The translations under genes and the position numbers were made by a program. From positions 143,472 to 207,471 of the forward strand of contig JAAXJX010000005.1 in NCBI GenBank assembly GCA_012269595.1: a stretch of DNA of 64,000 nt, read 5' to 3'. Under the pieces are notes generated by a model, which was given only the letters and a program-made list of their open reading frames with translations, had not been told where the DNA came from and did not search any database. Below, in pieces: positions 9,259 to 17,643 of the stretch; positions within the stretch are counted from its first letter, which is position 1, and each line of letters begins with the position of its first letter. This DNA comes from Planctomycetia bacterium (GTDB lineage: Bacteria; Planctomycetota; UBA8108; UBA1146).

Positions 9259-11952
9259 GTGGCAGAACCACGTTCACTTATCCGACTTCTTTTGACTCTG
9301 ATCCTGTTCTCGCTGATCGGACTGAGGGGCCCAGTGGCTCAATCTGCTGATATTCCCTTCGTCAGGGGAGACGCCAACGTCGATGGCTCCGTCAATCTCT
9401 CCGATGGAATCTGGCTCCTTCAGCATCTGTTTCAATCAGGGCCCGGTGGAGACTGCTTTGCAGCAAGAGACTTCAATGCGGACGGCACCGTGGACCTTGC
9501 GGATGCCTTGTCGATTATCCAGTTTCAATTATTGGATGGAGCGGCGCCCAGGCATCCCTATCCCCATTGCGGAGACTCCGCCATCGGAGATTGTCAAAGC
9601 TATCCCGTATGCCCGGAAGTTTCTGACGTAACGGTTAACCGTGACGAATTTGGAGTCTGGCATATCGAGGGTGGAACACTTTTCGAACTGTATGAGGCCT
9701 TTGGTTACGAAGTCGCTGTCGATCGATTGTGGCAGATGGAATATTACCGCCGACTTTGTACAGGAACTCTCTCTGAAATTTATGGGCCAGATCAAATCTC
9801 AACTGACATCAGTATTCGCATCCTGGGTTACTCAGATGAAGAGTACATGGAGGGATATCAGGGAATCTCAGAGAGAGCTCAGGAATTGGTGCAGGGATAT
9901 CTCGCAGGAATCAATCGTCGCATCTCTGAAATCGACCAGGACTCCTCACTCCTTCCCTATGAGTTTGTCGAGTTCGGTTTTTCTCCTGCTCCATGGACCG
10001 TCATTGACATGATGGCACTCCAGGTGACCCTGCTCAGAAATTTCGATTCGGAAGCGCTTTCAACTCACCAACTGAATAACGCAGTACTGTTGGCAGAGCT
10101 TCAGGAAAGTCATCCTGAGGATGGCCTGGCGATGTTCAACGATCTTCGTTGGTTGGATGATCCGGATGCCCCGACGATGATTCCACCTTCTGGTGGAGCC
10201 TCCGGTTTCCTTCCCCAGACAACTTCTCTCCCTGTGCCTCAGGCAGGGCAGTACCAGTTGGACAACCTTCGAGCCTTGCGAGATGGTGTTCACGACATTT
10301 TTGAGGGGACGCGCGAGCGTATCTCGAATATTGGTACACCTCCGAGAATGGGCAGTTACGCATGGGTCGTCAGTGGCGATCTGACCGATACCGGATTGCC
10401 GATGATCTATGCGGGACCACAGATGGGATTCACGGCTCCCGGTCTGGTGATAGAGGGCTCTTTGCGAGGGGCTGGAATCGATGTATCCGGAATGGCTCTG
10501 GCGGGTTTGCCGGGGATCATCATCGGCCGGACCCCCCGTCATGCGTGGTCCGGTCAGGTTGCTCATGCGCATACCGTGGATATCTACCTTGAGGAAGTAG
10601 AGGATATTTTTCTCCATCGCACTGAGATGATTCCTCTGGGGAATGACCAATTTCTGAACTTGCCGATTTACCGCAGTGTCCACGGTCCCATCGTATCGCC
10701 CATCATTCTCAGCACCGAGAACCTTGAGGGGCCGGTGGCAGCCTGGAAGTATTCTCATTGGAAGAAGGAATTGGCGACAGTGGACGTCAACCTCGATTAC
10801 GTCCTTGCCCGCAATATGGATGATTTTGCTGATGCAATGGACCGCTTCTGCGTAAGCCTTCATGTCTGCTATGCCGATCGGCGCGGCAATGTGGGCTACT
10901 GGATGTCCGGTCTGGATCCGGTTCGGACAGAGGGGGCAGATCCACGCCTTCCACAGTTGGGGGATGGCTCGATGGAGTGGACTGACCCTGTGACCTACAA
11001 GGAGCGAATCACGGTCGAAAACCCTGAACGCGGTTGGATCGCTGGTTGGAACAACAAGGCCGCTGAAGGTGAGGCGGGTGGTGCGAGCCCTGGTCACGCA
11101 TATGGTCGATTCCACAGGGCGCATGCGATGCAAGATCGAATGGAAGATGCTGTGGCAAATGGACCCGTCAGCTATGAATTCGTTCGAGATCTCGCACTGG
11201 AAGTCAGTGCCACCGATTGTTGCAATTTGGGGAACAAGGGCGGAAACCGCTGGTTTTTTGTCGATCAATTTTTCACGAGTTCGGTCGAGGCGGATCTCAA
11301 TCCGGATCGATTGGCTGCCCTGGAACTCCTGGAAAGTTGGGACGGCTATTTTGTCGAGGGTGGTCCAGAGGGTTGGATCGAAAATACCGTCAATGCTGAT
11401 GCCTGGGTTCTTCAGGAAAACTGGATCAACAGGATGATCGAACTGGTGTTTGAAGATGAACTCAATACCGAGACCCTCGGTTGGAATAATCAGGACAGAA
11501 ATTTGCTGTTCAATGTTCTGCTGCGAGCCTTGCCGGGAAATCAGCCGCAGTTGGCCAATCAAATTAATTGGTTCGAAGATCGTGGGGCTGGGTTCAAGCC
11601 GACAGATCCTGCTGAGTTGGCAGTTCTCGCTTTGGATCTCACGTTGACAGAGTTGGGACCGAGACCCTGGAATCAACCCCGAGCGACCATCGACTATGTG
11701 GCTGAAAGCAGTCTGGGTTTGGTCTGGAGTGCTCCCTGGCTGAACAGGTCTACCTATGCCCAGGTTGTTGAAATGGGTTCGGAGGGACCGGTGAGAATTG
11801 AATCGATGATTCCACTCGGTCAATCCGGCGATGTTCGCGTTGGACCATCCGGTGAGCCGGTTTTCGATGAGCAATACTTTGGGTTTACCGAAGTTTTTGA
11901 CGGATTCCTTCACCGTCCTTTCCCACTCTTTACCGGTGAAACATCCGATTGA
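9259..11952 (+). CDS. Penicillin/AHL acylase family Ntn hydrolase (peptidase S45) with an N-terminal dockerin-like module
   Basis: The ORF track opens at 8716, but that part is antisense to the previous gene. The GTG at 9259 has GGGAGGAG 7 nt upstream and gives signal peptide LIRLLLTLILFSLIGLRGPVAQSA. Acylase motifs: GVWHIEG...AVDRLWQME (alpha chain) and PRMG-SYAWVVSG (candidate beta-chain N-terminal Ser, codon at 10354). Confidence 0.8.
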   Translation: MAEPRSLIRLLLTLILFSLIGLRGPVAQSADIPFVRGDANVDGSVNLSDGIWLLQHLFQSGPGGDCFAARDFNADGTVDLADALSIIQFQLLDGAAPRHPYPHCGDSAIGDCQSYPVCPEVSDVTVNRDEFGVWHIEGGTLFELYEAFGYEVAVDRLWQMEYYRRLCTGTLSEIYGPDQISTDISIRILGYSDEEYMEGYQGISERAQELVQGYLAGINRRISEIDQDSSLLPYEFVEFGFSPAPWTVIDMMALQVTLLRNFDSEALSTHQLNNAVLLAELQESHPEDGLAMFNDLRWLDDPDAPTMIPPSGGASGFLPQTTSLPVPQAGQYQLDNLRALRDGVHDIFEGTRERISNIGTPPRMGSYAWVVSGDLTDTGLPMIYAGPQMGFTAPGLVIEGSLRGAGIDVSGMALAGLPGIIIGRTPRHAWSGQVAHAHTVDIYLEEVEDIFLHRTEMIPLGNDQFLNLPIYRSVHGPIVSPIILSTENLEGPVAAWKYSHWKKELATVDVNLDYVLARNMDDFADAMDRFCVSLHVCYADRRGNVGYWMSGLDPVRTEGADPRLPQLGDGSMEWTDPVTYKERITVENPERGWIAGWNNKAAEGEAGGASPGHAYGRFHRAHAMQDRMEDAVANGPVSYEFVRDLALEVSATDCCNLGNKGGNRWFFVDQFFTSSVEADLNPDRLAALELLESWDGYFVEGGPEGWIENTVNADAWVLQENWINRMIELVFEDELNTETLGWNNQDRNLLFNVLLRALPGNQPQLANQINWFEDRGAGFKPTDPAELAVLALDLTLTELGPRPWNQPRATIDYVAESSLGLVWSAPWLNRSTYAQVVEMGSEGPVRIESMIPLGQSGDVRVGPSGEPVFDEQYFGFTEVFDGFLHRPFPLFTGETSD
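9358..9615 (+). other. Dockerin-like duplicated EF-hand module plus Cys segment, in N-terminal position
   Basis: FVRGDANVDGSVNLSDGIWLLQHLFQSGPGGDCFAARDFNADGTVDLADALSIIQFQLLDGAAPRHPYPHCGDSAIGDCQSYPVCP. Confidence 0.75.
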
Positions 11953-12902
11953 AGAATTGCCTCGGAGTTCTTCTTCTGCTGGTGATGCTGGGGTGCCAAA
12001 CCTCATGGATCGCTTCCAATGCCAGTGGGGTGGTCTCCCGTATGGCGGGATCCAGAACACCCAACGAGTTGCTATCGGAAGACGAACTTCCCGCCGGATG
12101 GCGTTCTGCATTGGAAGAGTTGCCGCTTCTGCTCAACTTCGCAAAAGAGGCGGGGCTCAATGTTGGGGGCGCCTACCAGAGGATCGATGTCGATCGTGAT
12201 CCGGTCAGTTACATCGTGGTTGCCGCCAATCCCCGGAATCTTGAGCTTCACCATTGGGACTTTCCCGTTGTGGGGATGGCCCCCTACAAGGGGTATCGAT
12301 TTCTGGAGCACGCGGAAGAGGAAAAAAACAGGCTGTTGGCTGAAGATATGATCGCCGAAGTCTATCCAGTTTCAGCATTCAGCAGTCTGGGTTGGTTTCC
12401 GGAGACGTTGCCAGGCGGTGTGCTGTCACTTCCCGCTACCCAGAGAGTTCGACTTATTTTTCATGAGTTGGTGCATCGGACGATCTTTTTCAATGGAAGA
12501 GCAGACCTGAATGAGAGTCTTGCCAATCACTTCGGAAACTTGCTCGCCCGGCGCTGGTTTGAGGAAGCAGAGGGAAAGAACGGAATTCACCTGCTGTTGC
12601 TGGATCGGGAGATTCAGGATGAAGAGACCCTGCGAGAGCACTTGTATCAGCTGCAGAAAAGTTGGAGTCCGCAAACTGTTACAGAAGAGTTGGCAGCACT
12701 CTCCCTCACACTTGAGCAAGAGTCATGGATGTCCCAAATGGGGCAACAAAATTCTGTCCGAAAGTGGACCCTTCCCACGATACTGATGTGGCAGGTCTAC
12801 GATGCGGGGGCATGGCCCTGGCAAGAACTCTGGCAGGAATGCGATCAGGACTTCCAGGTCCTGAAATGGCGGATTCGCCAGGATTTTCCCGGAACCCCCT
12901 GA
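11949..12902 (+). CDS. Predicted zinc aminopeptidase (DUF2265-like), probable lipoprotein
   Basis: The TTG start overlaps the upstream TGA. N-terminus MKNCLGVLLLLVMLGC is lipobox-like. IFHELVHRT is an HExxH motif, followed by NESLANHFG. Confidence 0.65.
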   Translation: MKNCLGVLLLLVMLGCQTSWIASNASGVVSRMAGSRTPNELLSEDELPAGWRSALEELPLLLNFAKEAGLNVGGAYQRIDVDRDPVSYIVVAANPRNLELHHWDFPVVGMAPYKGYRFLEHAEEEKNRLLAEDMIAEVYPVSAFSSLGWFPETLPGGVLSLPATQRVRLIFHELVHRTIFFNGRADLNESLANHFGNLLARRWFEEAEGKNGIHLLLLDREIQDEETLREHLYQLQKSWSPQTVTEELAALSLTLEQESWMSQMGQQNSVRKWTLPTILMWQVYDAGAWPWQELWQECDQDFQVLKWRIRQDFPGTP

Positions 12903-13027
12903 TATCAGGTCTCGTTGCTTGGATGTCGACTCTGGAGAGTTGTTGGGCTCTCTGGGGTGGCTGAAGGGCGAGGAAGGCCCTGTTCCCCGTATCTGGACAG
13001 GCTTCTGACCCGCAGAAAGGGAGATCC

Positions 13028-13600
13028 ATGAACAGGAAAAGCGAAACACTGAGACACTCGTTCGAGGAGGTCTTCATGCCCTATCTCGACGATGTCTTTC
13101 GCTTCTCACTGGGTCTGACACGAAATCGGGCCCAGGCGGAAGATCTGGTCCAGGATACTTACATGAAGGCCTTCAAGGCATTTCCGACCTTCAGGTCCGG
13201 GAGCAATGCCAAATCATGGCTCTTCAGGATTTGTAAAAACCATTTCATTGACCGGTACCGGGTGAAAGCTCGCAGGCCCGTCCATCAATCACTGGCTGCG
13301 GATGTTGCCACTGCGGATGCCCGTCATTCCGTTCAGGTTTTTGAACGGGATGGGATTGAAAATGAAGAGACTTTTTTGGATCTTTTCGGTGACGAAGTAA
13401 ATCGGTTTCTCCGGGAGTTGCCCGAGGATTTCCGAAGGGCTTTGTTGTTGTGTGATCTTGAGGGGTTGCGTTACGACGAAATCGCAGAGGTTCTCGACAT
13501 TCCAGTGGGAACGGTGCGATCACGGATTTCCAGGGCTCGCGCATTCTTGCGAGAGCGTTTGGAGAGTTACGCGACAGAACTGGGATACGGCAAGGGATAA
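13028..13600 (+). CDS. ECF (group IV) sigma-70 family RNA polymerase sigma factor
   Basis: AGGGAG SD. Region 2: AEDLVQDTYMKAFKAF...WLFRICKNHFIDRYR. Region 4: LPEDFRRALLLCDLEGLRYDEIAEVLDIPVGTVRSRISRAR. Confidence 0.9.
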   Translation: MNRKSETLRHSFEEVFMPYLDDVFRFSLGLTRNRAQAEDLVQDTYMKAFKAFPTFRSGSNAKSWLFRICKNHFIDRYRVKARRPVHQSLAADVATADARHSVQVFERDGIENEETFLDLFGDEVNRFLRELPEDFRRALLLCDLEGLRYDEIAEVLDIPVGTVRSRISRARAFLRERLESYATELGYGKG

Positions 13601-13619
13601 CGGACAGGAATCTGGGCTC

Positions 13620-14423
13620 ATGAACGATTGTATCCGCTATCAGGAGAAGCTTCACGATTGGGTGGATCAGGAACTCGATCTGCCGACCAGTGAAGAAATT
13701 CAGCTTCATTTGTCCCAGTGTCCTCAATGCGCTGATGCCGCCAAGGGCATCCAGCACATGAAAGAACTGGTTCGCAGTAAAGCCTGGAAACCGGATGCAC
13801 CCGTAAGCTTGCAGCAGGGAGTAAAAGAGATGCTGGCCGTGGAATCCGCACGTCAGCCTCAATACCGTTGGTCCGGAAGAACCATTTTGCCTCTTGCGGC
13901 AACAGCAGCCTTGATTCTTGTCCTTTTGACCCCTGGGTTCTTTGATCCAGGGGTTTCGAATTCCCAGTTGGATGCAAAAGTGATCAGCGAACCGGTGTTT
14001 AATTCCCACCTTCAATCGATGAGTGGGGATGACAAGCCGGAGTCCCTTTTCAGATCTTCAACGGAGGCATCCCGTTATGTATCCAAGCTCCTGAACTGTG
14101 CAGTGCTGGTTCCCGAGTTTGAAAATTTCAATCTTTGGGGCGTTTCGGTTCTGGAGGTTGGAAAACATGAGATTCCAAAGGTGTTTTACAAAGGGGCAGA
14201 TTCCCATCTGTCCCTTTTTCTTGTGGGTTTGAAGTATGAGAGTTTCTCAGGAATCCACACTCTTCGGGATGGCGTCAAGTTTGCCGTTTATTGCTATCCG
14301 GGTACCAACTATTGCTGTGTTCTTGCCACCTCTGATCACCCCAGTCAGCATTTGCCAGTGATTGGTCACTGCCATTGTCAGGTGAAGAATTGTTTCGCTG
14401 ATTGTGACTGTCACGAAGATTGA
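13620..14423 (+). CDS. Anti-sigma factor (zf-HC2 type), single-pass, with a Cys/His-rich C-terminal tail
   Basis: ATG at 13620, which is in-frame codon 57 of the 13452 ORF. HLSQCPQCADAAKGIQH is the zf-HC2 motif. TM segment ILPLAATAALILVLLTPGFF. Tail HLPVIGHCHCQVKNCFADCDCHED. Confidence 0.8.
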   Translation: MNDCIRYQEKLHDWVDQELDLPTSEEIQLHLSQCPQCADAAKGIQHMKELVRSKAWKPDAPVSLQQGVKEMLAVESARQPQYRWSGRTILPLAATAALILVLLTPGFFDPGVSNSQLDAKVISEPVFNSHLQSMSGDDKPESLFRSSTEASRYVSKLLNCAVLVPEFENFNLWGVSVLEVGKHEIPKVFYKGADSHLSLFLVGLKYESFSGIHTLRDGVKFAVYCYPGTNYCCVLATSDHPSQHLPVIGHCHCQVKNCFADCDCHED

Positions 14424-14591
14424 TCCCCGCTGTTTCAAAATGGGTCGGAAATTTCCGGTACTTGTTTTTGGTCCCCAAATGGGGTGAACTCGCCTTTTTT
14501 CGTACTTCCGGGATCTGATTCTGGTCCCTGATTCGTTTCCATTGCCAAGAAGGCTTGCGACTTTCCCCTTTGAGGATCATTCTCCTTGAGA

Positions 14592-14675
14592 GGGCGAGTG
14601 GCGGAACTGGCAGACGCGGGGGACTTAAAATCCCCTCCCCGTTTGGGGGTCCGGGTTCGATTCCCGGCTCGCCCA
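14592..14675 (+). tRNA. tRNA-Leu (anticodon UAA), CCA not encoded
   Basis: Acceptor GGGCGAG/CTCGCCC. Anticodon arm GGGGA-CTTAAAA-TCCCC. Long variable arm TCCCCGTTTGGGGGT. T-arm CCGGG-TTCGATT-CCCGG. Confidence 0.93.
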
Positions 14676-14702
14676 CACTTTTCCTGGAAGAAGGGAGACT
14701 TC

Positions 14703-15512
14703 ATGTCCCGATTCGGAAATCTTCGGTCGACGGTGTGCATCGCCGCTGGCCTGCTCATTCTTTTTCTTGCCGGCTGTCAAGCCGGAGGTGCGGGAACCCT
14801 GCGTCTTCGGGGAGAGAACTGGTCTCCCAGTCCCGGTGGCGCCATTCGGGCTTCCGACCTGGGATCTGCAGGTGACCTAATCGATCTCGAGGGAGATCTC
14901 GGATTGGGGGAGGAAGAATCCCTCTGGGTCTATGCAGTGGAGAGTGATTTGGGATTGGGAACTGTTGAGGCGACGAGCATCGACTTCACCAGTTCGGGAA
15001 CCAACCTGCTTGCCGGAACTCTCGACTTCGGTGGAGAAATTTTTGAAGCGGGCAGCATTTCCAGTGACCTCAACCTTGAGTTGACGACCATACGCAACAA
15101 AGGTGCTCTCCTGGGCATGGGACCTGTGGGGTTGAAGTATCTATGGGGTGCTGACCATCTGGTTCTTGACTCCACCATCTCCGGATCGGTGGGAGGAACC
15201 GAGACTTCAGTGACCGAAAGCATCGATGAATGGGTTCCGACGATTGGTCTCGGCGCTTCAGTGGGAATCCCCATTGGAAGTGACTGGGGGCTTGAACTGG
15301 ACGCCGAGGTAGCAGGATTGTGGATCAGTTACGGTGATATCGACGGAACCTATCAGGGAACAACCCTGCGTGCAGGCTTGAGACAGGGATCAGGAATGCT
15401 GATCGGTGTGGGTCACAGGTCTCTGATCATTGATATCGAGGATGATGGTTCAGGAACTTCTGCGGATATTGACCTCGGTGGAACCTACCTGTTCCTCGAA
15501 TGGGCCATTTGA
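14703..15512 (+). CDS. Lipoprotein, possibly an outer-membrane beta-barrel type
   Basis: The ATG at 14703 gives MSRFGNLRSTVCIAAGLLILFLAGC (LAGC lipobox). The upstream part of the 14586 ORF reads through the tRNA. Gly/Ser/Thr-rich alternating pattern. Function unknown. Confidence 0.55.
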   Translation: MSRFGNLRSTVCIAAGLLILFLAGCQAGGAGTLRLRGENWSPSPGGAIRASDLGSAGDLIDLEGDLGLGEEESLWVYAVESDLGLGTVEATSIDFTSSGTNLLAGTLDFGGEIFEAGSISSDLNLELTTIRNKGALLGMGPVGLKYLWGADHLVLDSTISGSVGGTETSVTESIDEWVPTIGLGASVGIPIGSDWGLELDAEVAGLWISYGDIDGTYQGTTLRAGLRQGSGMLIGVGHRSLIIDIEDDGSGTSADIDLGGTYLFLEWAI

Positions 15513-15537
15513 ATTTTGAAGTTGTTTTCATAGAAAC

Positions 15538-15577
15538 AAAAAAAGGAGAGTGTCCTGCAGGACACTCTCCTTTTTTT
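15538..15577. terminator. Bidirectional rho-independent terminator
   Basis: A7 - GGAGAGTGTCC-TGCA-GGACACTCTCC - T7, between the convergent stops at 15512 (+) and 15593 (-). Confidence 0.9.
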
Positions 15578-15592
15578 AGATGAATCCCGTCT

Positions 15593-17347
15593 TCAGGGGC
15601 AGCTGACAGCTGCTCCGCAATCAAGACCATCTGCAGTCGGGTCTGGTCCGCATGTCTCAGAGCCGGGCGCGGGCATCGCAGTACCGGAGGAGAAGAGGAA
15701 GGACAGGGTAAAGACCGCGTCTCCAATATCGATGGCGCCATCGTCATTGGAGTCACTGGCATCGAAGCATTCGGGCAATCCGACGCCACCAAAGAGTGCG
15801 GACAGAAGAGAGACCGCATCGCTGATATCGACGGCGCCGTCGAGGTTCCCGTCTCCTCTGCGGAAGAAGGGGTCTTCACAGGCGTCAAGGATTCCATTGC
15901 TGTTGGAATCTCCGTTCTGGGTCAGAATCTGAACCAGATCCCAGGTGCCGTTATTGTCGCAATCTTCCGGAGTCGCCTCATAGACTTGCTCAAGGCCCGA
16001 AAGATCGAATGCATCGACATCCCCATCCTGATCAAGATCGTGCAGTGCACAGGGAGAGTCTGCATTGAAACTGCCCGGTGCATCTCCGGTCCAGCAATCG
16101 ATAAAGCCGGGGAGATCTGCTTCGTTGAGGAAGTTGTTTCCATCCGTGTCGTACTCCCTGCGTCCCAGCGAATCCAGGAATGCGACGACCTTGTCCTGCT
16201 CACTCTTGTCGAGATTGTTCCACGCCTGTTGTGAGGCAAAAGCGTCGCCGTAATGCCAGTTGACGGCATCATTGATTCCCTGATAGGGATCCTGAACGAG
16301 GACACGTCCGTCATGGAGAAGTTGTCCCCGAATTCTGAGACCCCAGAGTGGGGGGGTTTTCATTTCGGTTTCCAGAGCATCTCCCTGGGCAATTCCGTCT
16401 CCCAGTGCGCCCATGTCATGAAGCAGGAAGTCACTGTAGGGACGGAAGGTGACGCCGGACATACCAGCTTCGGGGCTGGTTCCCGTTGTGAACTCAGGGT
16501 GGTGACAGGTCGCACAGCCGATGTCGGTGAAAATCGTTTCACCGGACATGCCACTCCGAGGTGTTTGGGGAGGAGCTGCCAGGAACATCTGGAAGTCCGT
16601 GATCCTTTGCAGGTAGGGGACACCGTTATCCATCGGCTCTTCCGGGTCTGCGACGGAATCGCAGATCGGAAGCAGTGTCGTGTCGCCATTGGGAGCATTC
16701 TCGGCGGCGAGAACACTGTTGGTGATGCCCATTTCCATCAGGGTGGCGTCACCACTGAAGGACATCAGTGTGGCAAGCTGGGATTTCCAACCAAAGCGGC
16801 CGACCGCCAGAGGCGCTGCGGGCGACTCCAGAAGCGGTACCCAGTGAACCATTCCGCCATTGGATTGAAGCGCGACGATATCTGCTCCGTCGACCGCTTC
16901 GATCAAACCCGCTCCGAGGATGGAGGGGGTAATTCGATCCGCGATGATCGTGGCATTGGCGGGAACGATTTCGAGACACTCTGTGGAGATGGCATTGGCC
17001 TGAAGAAGGGATCCACCCTCTGCATCCAGAGGGTCAAAAGGGGCGCCTTTGTCTGCAGCACCAAATCGGGTCACCGTAATGGGACTGGTTCCCCCGATGG
17101 GAAGGGCATGGCATGAGGCACAGGAGTCCTGATTGAATCCAGGGCCGAGGCCCTCTGCTTCACTGAAGGTTCTCAGAAACTGCTCTTTCCCCAGAAAGAA
17201 TCTCTCCAACTGGTCACTGTTCAGAAAGGGGAGAGGATCGCCTGCTTTGGGTTGAGGAGACTGGGCCAAGGCCGAAGTCCCCATCGTCAGGCAACCGAAA
17301 ACCACACAAATGAACAGACCTGCGGTGATATGGATGGATCTCAACAT
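15593..17347 (-). CDS. Di-haem oxidoreductase/peroxidase-like protein (DUF1111 family) fused to EF-hand-like and dockerin-like modules
   Basis: Signal peptide. Two CxxCH motifs (CASCH at aa 76-80, CATCH at aa 278-282). GRFGWKSQ is typical of the DUF1111 family. C-terminal about 185 aa are Asp-rich Ca-loop repeats plus the dockerin module. Confidence 0.8.
   Translation of the reverse strand: MLRSIHITAGLFICVVFGCLTMGTSALAQSPQPKAGDPLPFLNSDQLERFFLGKEQFLRTFSEAEGLGPGFNQDSCASCHALPIGGTSPITVTRFGAADKGAPFDPLDAEGGSLLQANAISTECLEIVPANATIIADRITPSILGAGLIEAVDGADIVALQSNGGMVHWVPLLESPAAPLAVGRFGWKSQLATLMSFSGDATLMEMGITNSVLAAENAPNGDTTLLPICDSVADPEEPMDNGVPYLQRITDFQMFLAAPPQTPRSGMSGETIFTDIGCATCHHPEFTTGTSPEAGMSGVTFRPYSDFLLHDMGALGDGIAQGDALETEMKTPPLWGLRIRGQLLHDGRVLVQDPYQGINDAVNWHYGDAFASQQAWNNLDKSEQDKVVAFLDSLGRREYDTDGNNFLNEADLPGFIDCWTGDAPGSFNADSPCALHDLDQDGDVDAFDLSGLEQVYEATPEDCDNNGTWDLVQILTQNGDSNSNGILDACEDPFFRRGDGNLDGAVDISDAVSLLSALFGGVGLPECFDASDSNDDGAIDIGDAVFTLSFLFSSGTAMPAPGSETCGPDPTADGLDCGAAVSCP
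15596..15865 (-). other. Dockerin-like duplicated EF-hand module plus Cys tail
   Basis: FRRGDGNLDGAVDISDAVSLLSALFGGVGLPECFDASDSNDDGAIDIGDAVFTLSFLFSSGTAMPAPGSETCGPDPTADGLDCGAAVSCP-stop. Confidence 0.8.
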
Positions 17348-17499
17348 GATCTTTCCCTCTATCCCTTGGCCTCAGCGAGGCCGCTCACATAAATGTGCCT
17401 GCAATGCAGGATCACGTAGGTCGCAAGAGAGCCTCGTTTTCCTCCAGGGAAAGCGATTTGCAGATCGGTCAGCACTCCCGCTCTGACCACGTCACCCGC

Positions 17500-17552
17500 A
17501 AAAAAGGGGTACCCCAACTTTCAGAGACATCTCTGAAAGTTGGAAGTACCCC
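17500..17552 (-). terminator. Rho-independent terminator for the FG-GAP gene
   Basis: Minus strand reads GGGGTACTTCCAACTTTCAGAG-ATGT-CTCTGAAAGTTGGGGTACCCC followed by T6. Confidence 0.8.
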
Positions 17553-17643
17553 GGCTCAGGTTTGATCCCGACCCGCAAGCCTGTGGTCAGGCCTGCGGAT
17601 CGGGGGTGTCAAACAGGGTCACCCATGAGGGTGAACCGGGTTG

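Noticed and set aside
10060-12111. 683-aa ORF on the minus strand, one of the longest in the track
   Set aside because: It is entirely antisense to the penicillin-acylase-family gene, which has clear family motifs. The translation is Arg/Ser/Pro-rich with no recognisable domain. This is a typical shadow ORF in GC-biased coding sequence.
14424-14500. Terminator after the anti-sigma gene (CCCCAAATGGGG followed by a T-run further on)
   Set aside because: The stem is only 4 bp, and the T-run is separated from it by about 10 nt. That is not convincing.
14586-14702. Upstream extension of the lipoprotein ORF (track start 14586)
   Set aside because: This stretch is the tRNA-Leu gene read as protein. 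The ATG at 14703 gives a canonical lipoprotein signal peptide.
16253-17116. 287-aa plus-strand ORF
   Set aside because: It is antisense to the di-haem DUF1111 gene, whose CxxCH motifs validate the minus frame.
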